64,000 nt of DNA from positions 4,047 through 68,046 of the forward strand of contig JBNMHA010000001.1 of the NCBI GenBank assembly GCA_050872545.1, read 5' to 3'. The DNA is from Spirochaetales bacterium (GTDB taxonomy: Bacteria; Spirochaetota; GWE2-31-10). The notes under the pieces are model-generated. The model did no database searches and had not been told where the DNA came from. It saw only the letters and a program-made list of their open reading frames with translations. The position numbers and the translations under genes are program-made. Below, piece by piece: positions 26,703 to 37,427 of this stretch (positions within the stretch are counted from its first letter, which is position 1; the number at the start of each line of letters is the position of its first letter).

Positions 26703-26732
26703 AGTTATAATTGATGAGTGTAAAATTGTCAA
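26703..26732 (-). promoter_or_regulatory. Candidate sigma70 promoter for hom
   Basis: On the minus strand: TTGACA (26732-26727), 18-nt spacer, TATAAC (26708-26703), about 135 nt upstream of the hom ATG. Confidence 0.35.
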
Positions 26733-26889
26733 ATCTTGCCATTTTGTCGGTTTTTCACTGGATTAATCGGTAAAAATCCGATACAATCACCCGGCTTAAA
26801 AAAATGTTACAAAAAAACAATTGTTTCAATCAGCAAATTTTGCCGATTCGCACAATCAATACTTTTAACAGTTGTTTAATGGAGGAAAA

Positions 26890-28161
26890 ATGGGTGTCAC
26901 TGCAATTTGCGGAATAAACTGGGGAGATGAAGGAAAAGGCAGAATGGTCGACTATTTTGCCGAGACTGCGGATTATATTGTTCGCTTTCAAGGTGGAAAT
27001 AACGCCGGTCATACCGTTATGAATCAATTCGGAAAATTTGCGCTGCACTTGCTTCCATCCGGAATTTTCAATAAAAAAGCAATGAACATTATCGGCAACG
27101 GTGCCGTTGTAAATCCGCAGGCTTTATATGAAGAAATACAAACTATTGAGAAATCAGTAGGTAAAATTTCAAATCTGCTTGTTTCAGAACGCGCTCATGT
27201 TATTTTTCCGTATCATATACTTTTTGATGAACTGGAAGAAGAACGCTTAAAAGATAAAAAATTCGGCTCAACAAAACGTGGAATCGCACCTGTCTACAGT
27301 GATAAATATCTTAAAACCGGTATTTTAATGTCTGATTTATTAAACCGTGATTACTTGGCGCAGCGAGTAAGAAATAATCTGGAATACAAAAATATTATAG
27401 TACAAAGTGTCTACAACAGACCGGCAATCAATGCTGATGAAATGATTGAATGGGGCTGGAATTACGGTCAGAAATTGAAAGAATATATTGCAAATACCGT
27501 AACACCGATTCACAAAGCAATCAAAGAAGATAAAAAAATACTTTTAGAAGGTCAGTTAGGCGCTCTGCGTGATATTGAATTCGGGATTTATCCTTACACT
27601 ACATCGTCATCACCTATTCCCGGATATGCCGGAGCCGGTGCCGCAGTGCCACCGTACGAAATCAAACGTGTTACCGGAGTAATGAAAGCGTATTCCACAT
27701 GTGTCGGAGAAGGTCCGTTTGTTACCGAACTTTTTGATGAAACAGCAGATGAAATCAGAACAAAAGGTCATGAATTCGGAGCTTCTACAGGTCGTGCAAG
27801 AAGAATCGGCTGGTTCGACGGTGTTGCTTCCCGTTATGGATGCGACATTACAGGAGCAACCGAGTTGGCACTTACGCTACTTGACGTCTTGACCGGTCAA
27901 AAAGAATTAAAAATATGCGATGGATACGAAGTTGACGGAAAAACAATAACTGATTTTCCTACAACCGAAAAATTATACAATGCAAAACCACATTACATTA
28001 CATTGCCCGGCTGGGAAGAAGACATTACAGCAATCCGAGAGTACGATAAACTTCCGCTTAATGCACAAAAATACATAAAGAAAATAGAAGAAATTGTTAA
28101 TGTAAGAATTAAATACATTTCAGTCGGTCCGGAAAGGGAGCAGCTGATTAAAAAAGATTAA
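26890..28161 (+). CDS. purA: Adenylosuccinate synthetase
   Basis: The GTP-binding P-loop motif GDEGKGR, the motif GGNNAGHTV and the TKRGIGP-like motif TKRGIAP. The ATG at 26890 is preceded by GGAGG. Confidence 0.85.
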   Translation: MGVTAICGINWGDEGKGRMVDYFAETADYIVRFQGGNNAGHTVMNQFGKFALHLLPSGIFNKKAMNIIGNGAVVNPQALYEEIQTIEKSVGKISNLLVSERAHVIFPYHILFDELEEERLKDKKFGSTKRGIAPVYSDKYLKTGILMSDLLNRDYLAQRVRNNLEYKNIIVQSVYNRPAINADEMIEWGWNYGQKLKEYIANTVTPIHKAIKEDKKILLEGQLGALRDIEFGIYPYTTSSSPIPGYAGAGAAVPPYEIKRVTGVMKAYSTCVGEGPFVTELFDETADEIRTKGHEFGASTGRARRIGWFDGVASRYGCDITGATELALTLLDVLTGQKELKICDGYEVDGKTITDFPTTEKLYNAKPHYITLPGWEEDITAIREYDKLPLNAQKYIKKIEEIVNVRIKYISVGPEREQLIKKD

Positions 28162-29302
28162 ATCCGTAAAACGTGATTTCATAAAAAGGGGAAGTCGAAA
28201 CATATTTGATTTCCCTTTTTTCATTGGAACTGTCAGCATTTCGGTACGTCAGTCTTATTCTGTATAAATACTTTTTGTTGAATTTGATTTTGTCCGACCG
28301 CAGTTTTTCTCTCTGCAAATTTTGAAACAAAGTTTTCTTTGCACAACTTCTTACCGGTTCCGAAAATACATAATCGGCAACAAGTTCTTCTTTATTATTT
28401 CTTTCATACAGCAGAATTTCCATTTCTGTTAAATATGACAAATCCTGTAATTCCCATTCAATCGTATTCAAATCCTCCGACAAAACCGTTACTGTCGGTG
28501 CACCGTAATTCGGTCCATTTTCATTGCCATAAATATCTTTTAGGAAATAAATATCTTGAATAATGCCACTCTTCCCAAAAAAGAATTGGATATGATATTC
28601 GCCGCATTCGATATAATCACTGTGTGTTGAGTCTTTAATATTTGAAATTGCTTTATATACATTATCATCAAACACATCAGGCTTTATATCCCAATAGAAA
28701 TCTTTTGAAGGCGGAATTATACGCACTTTTTCAAGAACAACATCATCAGTCGTTTCTGCATAACAAGAAAACATAAGCGAAACATTTCGTGCATTGTTGG
28801 TAAAATCCGAATTAATTGACTGAATATCAAAAGCCAAATCTTTAGGATAATATATATTTCTGCATTCACCTTCAAAAGTTTCCAGCACTTCGTTATCTTT
28901 GTTCTTACATGCAATCTTAAATTTTATGCAGTCATAGTTAAAATAGCTTGTAACCGAAATGCTTTCTGAAAAAGTTGATTGAAGTTTATTTTCGCCGATT
29001 TTACCGTCAGCAAGAAGAATATCATCCATATCGAACAACTGATATTCAAGAAATACCTTTTCTTTATGAAAAGAAACAATAAAAGAAAAGGTATATTCTA
29101 CAGAATAAAATTCTGAATTATTTTTTTTTTCTGCATTTGTTACAGAAAGAGACGACTTGAATTCTGTAAGCTTTTCTTTCGGCAGCTCTACATCCGAAAG
29201 GTTCTGCTCTTTTTTAATCTTTTCTTCTCTCACTTCCGCTTTATTCAGACAGGAAAAAAGCAGAAGTGGAAAAATTAAGAGTAAAAAGTTGCAATATTTC
29301 AT
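28148..29302 (-). CDS. Hypothetical lipoprotein co-transcribed with the che operon
   Basis: ORF of 384 aa with signal peptide LFSC. Its start overlaps the cheY stop by 4 nt. It contains an A10 tract at about 29120-29130. Confidence 0.5.
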   Translation of the reverse strand: MKYCNFLLLIFPLLLFSCLNKAEVREEKIKKEQNLSDVELPKEKLTEFKSSLSVTNAEKKNNSEFYSVEYTFSFIVSFHKEKVFLEYQLFDMDDILLADGKIGENKLQSTFSESISVTSYFNYDCIKFKIACKNKDNEVLETFEGECRNIYYPKDLAFDIQSINSDFTNNARNVSLMFSCYAETTDDVVLEKVRIIPPSKDFYWDIKPDVFDDNVYKAISNIKDSTHSDYIECGEYHIQFFFGKSGIIQDIYFLKDIYGNENGPNYGAPTVTVLSEDLNTIEWELQDLSYLTEMEILLYERNNKEELVADYVFSEPVRSCAKKTLFQNLQREKLRSDKIKFNKKYLYRIRLTYRNADSSNEKREIKYVSTSPFYEITFYGFNLF

Positions 29303-29736
29303 TTTCTTACAACACTTGCAAGACGTTCCAAAACTTTTACTCGATCTAAAGGTTTGATAATGAAATTTTTTGCGCCCAAAAGAAGTGCCTTTTTTACTAA
29401 TTCTTCTTTACCCAATGCACTGATCATAACTACTCTTGCATTTTTATCAAATTTCATAATTTGTTCCAATGCGGTAATTCCATCCATTTTAGGCATTGTT
29501 ATATCCATTGTTACAAGGTCAATATTCGGATAATGTTCCTTATATTTCGCTATAGCCTCTTCTCCGTCGCCGGCAGAATCTACAACCTCATAATCTTGAG
29601 ACAAAAGAATTTGCTGCAGCTGTTTTTTTACAAATATAGAATCATCAACCAATAATACTCGATATTTAGAGCCATCATCTTTCAACCCATCCGGGACTTT
29701 TGCATTAATCGTAGGAAAATCTGATGTGGATTTCAT
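29299..29736 (-). CDS. cheY: Chemotaxis response regulator CheY
   Basis: Receiver-domain motifs LLVDDS, MDITMP (phospho-acceptor Asp) and the conserved Lys. Confidence 0.85.
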   Translation of the reverse strand: MKSTSDFPTINAKVPDGLKDDGSKYRVLLVDDSIFVKKQLQQILLSQDYEVVDSAGDGEEAIAKYKEHYPNIDLVTMDITMPKMDGITALEQIMKFDKNARVVMISALGKEELVKKALLLGAKNFIIKPLDRVKVLERLASVVRK

Positions 29737-29752
29737 AATACTTCATTCCTTT

Positions 29753-30223
29753 TTATTTATAAATATTTTCTTTGATTGCTACATTTATACAAAGATTGCC
29801 TTCTTCCAATTCCAATGGAACAACCAACGCTTCTATTTTATTATCTGTCAAACGTAAATTATCACCAACAAACAAAGCCGGTGGAGTTAAATCAAATTTA
29901 AATCCAAGTTCATGGAGTTTTGTAACTGCATTTCCAGTAATCATATTTCCAAGCTCTGTCAATGTTGCAGATACTAATTCATCCAAACTGTCTAAACGTT
30001 CTCCATTCATTGATGATGCTACATTCAACGCAGTTTCTTCTGACATATCCAAAACTACACGACCTGAAACCTGACCTGCAAGACCTACAATAATAGCAAC
30101 ACCTTGAATATTGTTAATACTTGTAGATAGCTTTGGAGTTCCTCTTTTTACATTTTCTGAAACTGTCGATTTTAACACCGACATAGCAGATTCTACGAAT
30201 GGATTGATATACTCAACTCTCAT
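29753..30223 (-). CDS. cheX: CheY-P phosphatase CheX (CheC/CheX/FliY family)
   Basis: Length of 156 aa with the E-x2-N motif (LTELGNMITGNAV), positioned between cheW and cheY. Confidence 0.75.
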   Translation of the reverse strand: MRVEYINPFVESAMSVLKSTVSENVKRGTPKLSTSINNIQGVAIIVGLAGQVSGRVVLDMSEETALNVASSMNGERLDSLDELVSATLTELGNMITGNAVTKLHELGFKFDLTPPALFVGDNLRLTDNKIEALVVPLELEEGNLCINVAIKENIYK

Positions 30224-30244
30224 TTTGTTTTCTCCCCATAAAAT

Positions 30245-31570
30245 TTATTTTTTTATAAGAACAGAAAAATCCTGTCCTTCCATTCTGATAAAAGCATCAG
30301 AAGCAACTACTTCTGAATCTCCAACAATTAGAATTCCATTAGGAACCAGATGTTCCGCCACATCTTTTATGAACTGAGCATATTCAGCTTCTTTCATAAA
30401 CAGAGACAAATCACGTGCAACAATAATCTGGAACTTTCTGTCATCAGTAGACAAATTTTTTGCATCATGGAATTCAAAATAGATCTGATCATTTATTTCT
30501 TTTTTTACTTTGTATTGATTTCCGCCGGCATCGATAAAGTTCTTATTGATTTCCATCCAGCTAGGAATTTCACTGCTGTCAACTTCTATTCCTGATGCAT
30601 TACTGATTGCCGCTAAATTGCTGTCCGTTGCAACCAACTGAACATTAGAAAAAGTATTCTGCAAAATAAAATACAGCGAAAATGTTTCATATCCGTTTCC
30701 GCAGCCAATATCCATTCCCTTTATTTCAGATGAAGCAATTTTTTTCAACAAAGGACAAATTTCATTTTTAAAAGAATTATATTGCTTTTCATTCCAGAAA
30801 CTTTCCGTATTTGCAGAATAGAATTCTTTAACTATTTTATCCGCATCATCTTTTGTCAGTTTAGGCATGTCTTTTACATTATTTTCTTTCACATAAACAG
30901 AGTAAAGTTCTCTGAATTTATTTTTATTTGCAGAATGAATATGTACACCGCCGAGTTCTTCGACTTGATTGGAAAAATATACAAAAACTTCTTCTGCCAA
31001 ATCAGATTCCTGCGCCAATATTTCCTTTTTAGCTTTTTCTTTATCTCCAAAAATAGCTTCTGTATCCAAAATAACGTACAATCTTTTTTCTATATCAATA
31101 ATTCCGGAAATATATTCTTCGTTAATACTGCCTAACAATGAACTTGGCGGCTGTATATTGCTCTTTTGAATAGGAAAAACTTGCATAATTTCTTCAACAA
31201 TTACACCAATCAGTAAATTTCCTACTTTTAAAATAATAACAGATTCGCCTTCTTCGGGAACATCGTGCTCAACATTAAGATGAAATAATTTAGAAAGTTC
31301 TATAATCGGGATAATCTCTCCACGCAGGTTAAACACTCCACGTACAAAATCCAAAGCGTTCGGAATCGGAGTAAACTTCTTTTCACATAAAATTTCTTTA
31401 ACCATCATAATGTCAATTCCGTAAAACTGATTGCCTATTCGGAAAGACACTATTTTGGAATCATACTCAATCATTTGTTTGTTATCTCGTTCCTGAATAG
31501 AAAGTGAACTATTAATTTTCTGCTGATTTTGCATTAAATACTTAAAATCCATACCTTTAATTTCGCTCAT
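30245..31570 (-). CDS. cheW: CheW-like coupling domain fused to a CheR-type SAM-dependent methyltransferase
   Basis: An N-terminal CheW fold (…FRIGNQFYGIDIMMVKEI…) and a C-terminal SAM-binding motif (GMDIGCGNGYETFSLYF). Confidence 0.7.
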   Translation of the reverse strand: MSEIKGMDFKYLMQNQQKINSSLSIQERDNKQMIEYDSKIVSFRIGNQFYGIDIMMVKEILCEKKFTPIPNALDFVRGVFNLRGEIIPIIELSKLFHLNVEHDVPEEGESVIILKVGNLLIGVIVEEIMQVFPIQKSNIQPPSSLLGSINEEYISGIIDIEKRLYVILDTEAIFGDKEKAKKEILAQESDLAEEVFVYFSNQVEELGGVHIHSANKNKFRELYSVYVKENNVKDMPKLTKDDADKIVKEFYSANTESFWNEKQYNSFKNEICPLLKKIASSEIKGMDIGCGNGYETFSLYFILQNTFSNVQLVATDSNLAAISNASGIEVDSSEIPSWMEINKNFIDAGGNQYKVKKEINDQIYFEFHDAKNLSTDDRKFQIIVARDLSLFMKEAEYAQFIKDVAEHLVPNGILIVGDSEVVASDAFIRMEGQDFSVLIKK

Positions 31571-31573
31571 AGT

Positions 31574-33958
31574 TTAATCCTTTCTGTTATTCTTTCGATT
31601 TTGTTGATTTTCCTGTTCTTGTTTCATTCCTAACTCAATAATCTGAGACACATCAAGAATCAAACTAACGGTTCCGTCACCAAGAACAGTTGCACCTGCA
31701 ATTCCCGGAGTTGTAGTATATTTGTCTTTCAGCGGTTTGATTACAATATCTTCTTCCCCAATTAAAGAATCAACAAGCAGTCCCATTTTCTTATCATTTA
31801 TTCCGACAATTACAACAAAATAAGATTCCAGTTCTTCAGATTTCTTCAAGTTGAACAAACGGCTCAACCTTAGCAATGAAAGAACTTCATTTCTTACATT
31901 AATAACTTCATAATTGTCGATTGACTTAATATCTTTCGGACTGATTCTGATACTTTCAATTACGGAAGATATTGGCAGTACATATATTTCAGATTGAACT
32001 CTTACCATCAAACCTTGAATAATCGCTAAAGTAAGTGGCAGTTTAATGATAAAAGTTGTTCCTTTGCCATGCACTGATGTAATACGAACAGTTCCGCTCA
32101 TCTTTTCAATATTTTTCTTTACAACATCAAGCCCAACTCCACGACCGGAAACAGACGTTATTTTTTCAGCCGTAGAAAATCCCGGTTCAAAAAGCAACGC
32201 AAACATGTCCTGTTCGCTCAACTGCTTATCAGGTGAAATAATTTTCTTTTCAATTGCTTTTTTTCTGACTCCCTCAGCGTCAATTCCACGTCCATCATCT
32301 GAAATATAGATTGAAATTAAGTTTCCTTCATTAGCAGCTTTTAATTTTACTGTTCCCGGAACACTTTTTCCTGCGGCAATACGTTCTTCCGGTGTTTCCA
32401 TACCGTGATCTACCGCATTTCTTATCATGTGAATTAACGGATCTGATAAATCATCAAGCATAGCTTTATCAACTTCTGTTTCTTCACCTTCCATTACCAG
32501 ATTTATTTCTTTATGCAAATCTCTCGACAAGTCTCTTACTAAACGAGGGAAACGGCTGAAAACCTGCTTAATTTGAATCATTCTTACGCGCATAACACCT
32601 TCACGCAAATCAGAAGATATTCTATCTAAGTTCTGAGATGTCGAACGGAATTTTTCTACTACATCTTTATAATCATTTAAAAATGAATCAAATTGTCCTG
32701 CAAATCCAGCAATATCTTTCTGATACTCGTTTTTCAGTCCATCTGCATTGTTGCCCGCAGAATTATGAGCCAGCAATCCAGCAAAATGTTTATTTTTATC
32801 CTTAAAAGAATTCATTAATGTAGAAAAGTTATCAATGCTTTCATAATACTTAATAGCCAGCTGATTAAATGTCGCTTTATTAATAACTATTTCTGATACC
32901 AAATTAAGAAGTTCGTCGATTCGGGATGAATCTACACGAAGTACAGAAGATGTAAGATTTTTAGCGTCTTTTACAGCCGGAGTCGGAGCTTTCTTTTTTA
33001 TTTCCTCTTGACTCTTCTTTACTTCTTTAGCTGCTTCCGCAACTTGAGGCGGCGGAGCTTTTTCGATATAAGCACTTAACGTTTCTTTTACGTCATTTTT
33101 CTTAGGTAAAGCAGTCGGTTTTGCTGCCGGTTCTTCTGATTCGGAATCAGAAGGCGTAAAAGGCACAACCGTAATTTTTTTAGTCATATCCGGCAAATCA
33201 ATAACTTCTTGCAATTTTTCCTTAGATTCAGAAGAAGCAACAATATAAACTACTGTCTGGTAGAAATCATCAGAATATAAAGAATCAAAATCCGGCACTG
33301 TCTTCAAAACTGTACCAACATCACGCAACGATGTAAAAACCTGAATTCCCCCAACAGTTCGCATTGGGTTATCTTCATTAAAGTCTACCGTTACCTGCCA
33401 CATCGGTAAATGTTCTGTATTTGCCTGCTTGATTTCTATCAAATCATATTCGCCAAACTCGTAAATGCCGTCATTTTGAGCAGGCTCTTCTTTTTTTTCA
33501 GCAACCGGCTCTTTCTTTTTTTCCGGTTCAGCTTTTTTTGCCGGTTTTGAAGCAGAATCACCGCCGACAGAATGTTCAGCAATCTTTTTCAATTCATTCA
33601 ATGTATCATCAATATTTTCAGAATAAACGTTTCCTTGAGCTCTTGCTGCAACCATCTCTTTTATTATATCAAGTGCACGCAGCAGAATATCTACAATCTC
33701 GGATGAAACTTTTACCGCTCCGTTTCTGATTTCATCCATTGCATCTTCCATTGTATGCGTAAAATGGCTTATTTCCAAAAACTGAACTGTCGCCGATCCA
33801 CCTTTTAAAGTATGTGCCGCTCGGAACAAAGCATCAATCGCTTCTGTATCCGATGTATTGCTTTCGAGAACAAGCAAACTTTGTTCTATTCCGTCAATTA
33901 AATCATACGCTTCTTCAAACCATTCTTTTAAAAGCTCTTCATCAATAAAATCACTCAT
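31574..33958 (-). CDS. cheA: Chemotaxis histidine kinase CheA
   Basis: HPt with AHTLKGG, a dimerisation domain, an HATPase_c region (G-boxes) and a C-terminal CheW-like domain. Confidence 0.9.
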   Translation of the reverse strand: MSDFIDEELLKEWFEEAYDLIDGIEQSLLVLESNTSDTEAIDALFRAAHTLKGGSATVQFLEISHFTHTMEDAMDEIRNGAVKVSSEIVDILLRALDIIKEMVAARAQGNVYSENIDDTLNELKKIAEHSVGGDSASKPAKKAEPEKKKEPVAEKKEEPAQNDGIYEFGEYDLIEIKQANTEHLPMWQVTVDFNEDNPMRTVGGIQVFTSLRDVGTVLKTVPDFDSLYSDDFYQTVVYIVASSESKEKLQEVIDLPDMTKKITVVPFTPSDSESEEPAAKPTALPKKNDVKETLSAYIEKAPPPQVAEAAKEVKKSQEEIKKKAPTPAVKDAKNLTSSVLRVDSSRIDELLNLVSEIVINKATFNQLAIKYYESIDNFSTLMNSFKDKNKHFAGLLAHNSAGNNADGLKNEYQKDIAGFAGQFDSFLNDYKDVVEKFRSTSQNLDRISSDLREGVMRVRMIQIKQVFSRFPRLVRDLSRDLHKEINLVMEGEETEVDKAMLDDLSDPLIHMIRNAVDHGMETPEERIAAGKSVPGTVKLKAANEGNLISIYISDDGRGIDAEGVRKKAIEKKIISPDKQLSEQDMFALLFEPGFSTAEKITSVSGRGVGLDVVKKNIEKMSGTVRITSVHGKGTTFIIKLPLTLAIIQGLMVRVQSEIYVLPISSVIESIRISPKDIKSIDNYEVINVRNEVLSLLRLSRLFNLKKSEELESYFVVIVGINDKKMGLLVDSLIGEEDIVIKPLKDKYTTTPGIAGATVLGDGTVSLILDVSQIIELGMKQEQENQQNRKNNRKD

Positions 33959-34243
33959 AAAAACCCCTTACGAACACCGATGATACGAATAAATTAATAT
34001 AATGTACTACATTTTTTTAGGAATGTAGCAAAATAATTGGTTTTCACAATAAAGATTGCATTTTACTCTTTCCTTTTTAAAAAGTAAAGTTTTACTTAAA
34101 ATCAAGTTTACTTGTAAAACATTCGGAAAACAGATATAATTACGAGTTATATATTATAAATTACGCTAATCAGCACAACTCAAACAGTTGTCAATTCATA
34201 ATTCCAGAGGAGGCGTATTATAAATCCGTCTAACCCATTAATT

Positions 34244-35896
34244 GTGCAAAGCGATAACTCACTGCTTCTTGAAGTTTATAACCCAAATTTTGAAATAGTA
34301 CGAAACGAACTTTCAAAATTTGCTGAATTAGTAAAATCTCCGGAACATATTCATACATATTTAATAAGTTCTATAAGTATTTGGAACGCATCTGCCAGCG
34401 GTGTCGCATTGGAAGAAATCATTTCTACAATAGAAAACTACTCAAAGTTCGATGTTCCGCAAAACGTTATCGAAAACATAAAAACAATCTACCAGCGTTT
34501 TGGGAAAATAGAATTAATCAAAGGTCAAAGCGACGACGAACTGCTTCTTAACGTGAAAGAAAAAAATATTGAATTGGAAATTTTAGCCAATCCCAAATTA
34601 AAAAAATATTTGCAAATGAAAGATGAGTCGGGCAAATATAAAATCAGTCTTGAAGTGCGCGGTGATTTAAAAGTCGATTTCTTCAATTATAATCTTCCAA
34701 TAAATGATATTGCCGGTTATACACCGGGCAAATTTCTTGATATAAATCTGCGAGAAACTACATTAGAAAACAAACCTTTTGCGCCAAGGGAATACCAAAA
34801 ATTGGCTTCCGAATCTTTTTATCAAGCTGGAACAAATTTAGGAGGACACGGAACTATCGTTCTGCCGTGCGGCTCGGGTAAAACAATAATCGGAATCGAT
34901 ATATTAGCCAAAGTAAAAATGTGTACTCTTATTTTAGCCACAAGCGTTGCGTCTGTTCACCAGTGGATCAGAGAAATTCTCGATAAAACAACAATTACAC
35001 CGGATCAAATAGGCGAATACACCGGAGATAAAAAAGAAATTAAGCCAATTACGGTAACTACCTATCAAATGCTGATTTACAGGAAAAAACAGACAGATGA
35101 GTTTCCGCATTTCGGTATTTTCCAAGCGCAAGACTGGGGATTAATTATTTATGATGAAGTTCATCTGCTGCCGGCTCCGGTATTTAAAGTTACATCCGGA
35201 ATTCAAAGCAAACGCCGTTTAGGACTTACCGCAACTTTAGTTCGTGAAGACGGTCATGAAAAAGATGTATTCTGCTTAATAGGTCCAAAGCGTTTTGATA
35301 CACCTTGGAAAGTTCTTGAAAAACAAGGGTGGATTTCCGAAGCATTGTGTCACGAAATAAAACTTCCTCTGCCTGAGGATGAAATGATTGACTATCTTAC
35401 TGCCGACCAAAAGTCAAAATTTGCACAATCATCCCAAAATCCGTACAAAATTGACGCTGTAAAAGATATTTTGCTGAAACATCAAAATCAGCAGGTTTTG
35501 ATAATCGGTCAGTATATAGACCAATTAAAAACCATTGCAGAAGCACTAAATGTTCCGCTGATAACAGGGAAAACTCCAAATGCAGAACGTGAAGATTTAT
35601 ATGCAAAATTTCGTACAAAAGAAATTCGAATTTTGGTTGTAAGCAAAATTGCTAATTTTTCAATAGATCTGCCGGATGCAAGCGTTTTGCTGCAAATCAG
35701 CGGAACATACGGCTCACGTCAAGAAGAAGCACAGCGGCTAGGCAGAATACTTCGCCCAAAAGAAGAAAACATATCGTACTTTTACACATTTACAACAAAA
35801 GATTCACTGGAAGAAGACTACGCGCACAAACGCCAGAGATTTCTTACAGAGCAGGGATATTCTTACCAAATTGATTATTGGGAACCAAGGAAGTAA
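34244..35896 (+). CDS. XPB/ERCC3-like SF2 DNA helicase
   Basis: Walker A (GSGKT), the DEVH box and the XPB-specific RED motif (TATLVREDGHE), followed by a C-terminal helicase domain. Confidence 0.8.
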   Translation: MQSDNSLLLEVYNPNFEIVRNELSKFAELVKSPEHIHTYLISSISIWNASASGVALEEIISTIENYSKFDVPQNVIENIKTIYQRFGKIELIKGQSDDELLLNVKEKNIELEILANPKLKKYLQMKDESGKYKISLEVRGDLKVDFFNYNLPINDIAGYTPGKFLDINLRETTLENKPFAPREYQKLASESFYQAGTNLGGHGTIVLPCGSGKTIIGIDILAKVKMCTLILATSVASVHQWIREILDKTTITPDQIGEYTGDKKEIKPITVTTYQMLIYRKKQTDEFPHFGIFQAQDWGLIIYDEVHLLPAPVFKVTSGIQSKRRLGLTATLVREDGHEKDVFCLIGPKRFDTPWKVLEKQGWISEALCHEIKLPLPEDEMIDYLTADQKSKFAQSSQNPYKIDAVKDILLKHQNQQVLIIGQYIDQLKTIAEALNVPLITGKTPNAEREDLYAKFRTKEIRILVVSKIANFSIDLPDASVLLQISGTYGSRQEEAQRLGRILRPKEENISYFYTFTTKDSLEEDYAHKRQRFLTEQGYSYQIDYWEPRK

Positions 35897-35900
35897 AAAC

Positions 35901-37376
35901 ATGCCTAACGAATACAAGCTAAATTCTTTGAAAGACGATGAAATTTTAAAATTATACGAGCTTTTTTTCGGTCCGATTCTTAAACATCAGGAAACGGAAT
36001 TTTATCTGGAAAGTTTAAAATCATTTTTGAACAAAGATTCTTCGATTGAAAAAATTGTTAATAAACTGAACGCACTGGAAATAGAAATAATCAAATTGTT
36101 ATCACAGTTGGAGCAAGTACCCTCTGCATTTCTGAACGAAAAATTAAGCATTATCTTCGGAGAACATCCATCGCTTATCGGGAAAATGCTGCAAAACCTT
36201 GTTTCAAAAAATTATATCTTTACGCATGATGAAAAATATTTCTTTGTTCCGGAACTGCTTTCCAAACATTACAAAAGAGAAGGAATAACAGCTGTAAAAG
36301 TTGATACAGCAGAACAAATTTACAACAGTGAAAAATTCAGCGACGTAATTAATGTCATTATTTATTTTCTTTCCAAAGGGTTAAAATTTTCAAAAAGCGG
36401 AGGATTATACAAAAAAGATTTTGAAATTCTTTCTACAATCTTTTGTACGTCTTCCGGCTATTTGCGAGACGAATACGATATTATCGGATATTTTTTTTCC
36501 ACTTCATTTATATATGAAGATGAGCTTCAAACTGAAAAAATTCAAGACTTCTTCAAGTTGTCTCAATTGGAACGAATGCTTACATTGACAGAAAAAGTTT
36601 TCCCATACCTAAAACCTGTAATATCACAAGTTTATGCGGACAAAACAAGTTATAGAATAAACAAAAACGATTTAAAACTTCTGTTCAAAATATTGCTGCT
36701 TGCGTCAGTACTGAATCATGAACCTTACAGAGCCGATTTTGACAGCATTATTGACTTTCTTACAAAAATCGGACTTTGCCGCACTGAAAACGACGACATT
36801 ATTTTCGTATATTACGAATCATCAAATGTTCTTCCTATGGAACTCAAAATTACAAGCAATTTTGCCATATATACAAATTCCTGCAATACAGACAGTGATT
36901 ATTACTTGTGCGCATTGTTCAGCGAATTTATTAAATACGACAAAATTACAGAACTGGAAATCAATGACCGCTCTATCTGCCGGGCAATACAAAACGGCTA
37001 TACATTTGAACAATTTGAAGATTTCATTCTGCAGCACAGCATTAATTTGGGCTCAAATGTAAGTACAACGATAAAAGAATGGTTCTCGCGTCATAATTCA
37101 TTCTTTTACGTAGAAGGCACAGTTTTCTTTGCCGAATCGCTTGAAAAAGGCAAAACTATAACACGCTTGATAGAAAGCGGAACAATAAAAGCATTTCCGG
37201 TAAAAAAAGATTCAGTGTTTTTGATTCCGGATGAAGAAAAAGAGCTGTTTTTCTCGTTTATGTCACGCTCCAATTTTACATTCTTTGAAAAAAAACCGCA
37301 TAAAACTCCGGATAAGGAAATACAAACCGAAGAACCGATCGAATATAAGACTTTTCTTACTTTTAACAACAACTGA
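35901..37376 (+). CDS. XPB-associated protein of unknown function (candidate Bax1-like partner)
   Basis: The ATG lies 4 nt after the XPB stop, with the RBS AAGGAAG, which suggests translational coupling. It is about 490 aa long and I recognised no catalytic motif. Confidence 0.4.
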   Translation: MPNEYKLNSLKDDEILKLYELFFGPILKHQETEFYLESLKSFLNKDSSIEKIVNKLNALEIEIIKLLSQLEQVPSAFLNEKLSIIFGEHPSLIGKMLQNLVSKNYIFTHDEKYFFVPELLSKHYKREGITAVKVDTAEQIYNSEKFSDVINVIIYFLSKGLKFSKSGGLYKKDFEILSTIFCTSSGYLRDEYDIIGYFFSTSFIYEDELQTEKIQDFFKLSQLERMLTLTEKVFPYLKPVISQVYADKTSYRINKNDLKLLFKILLLASVLNHEPYRADFDSIIDFLTKIGLCRTENDDIIFVYYESSNVLPMELKITSNFAIYTNSCNTDSDYYLCALFSEFIKYDKITELEINDRSICRAIQNGYTFEQFEDFILQHSINLGSNVSTTIKEWFSRHNSFFYVEGTVFFAESLEKGKTITRLIESGTIKAFPVKKDSVFLIPDEEKELFFSFMSRSNFTFFEKKPHKTPDKEIQTEEPIEYKTFLTFNNN

Positions 37377-37427
37377 AAGAAAAAAATAATATAATTTCGT
37401 AATCATAATTTTATTTAGGAGGAATCT

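Noticed and set aside
26580-26870. Purine riboswitch upstream of purA, or a T-box/attenuator upstream of hom.
   Set aside because: I could not find the conserved purine-riboswitch core (the UAUA...GUUUCUACC...CCGUAAAU arrangement) or a T-box specifier/antiterminator pattern by eye. Only a promoter-like TTGACA/TATAAC pair on the minus strand was retained.
28183-28222. Hairpin (AAAAGGGGAA...TTCCCTTTTTT) as the purA terminator.
   Set aside because: It falls inside the annotated C-terminal coding region of the convergent lipoprotein ORF 28148..29302. It may still function, but I am not confident enough to list it.
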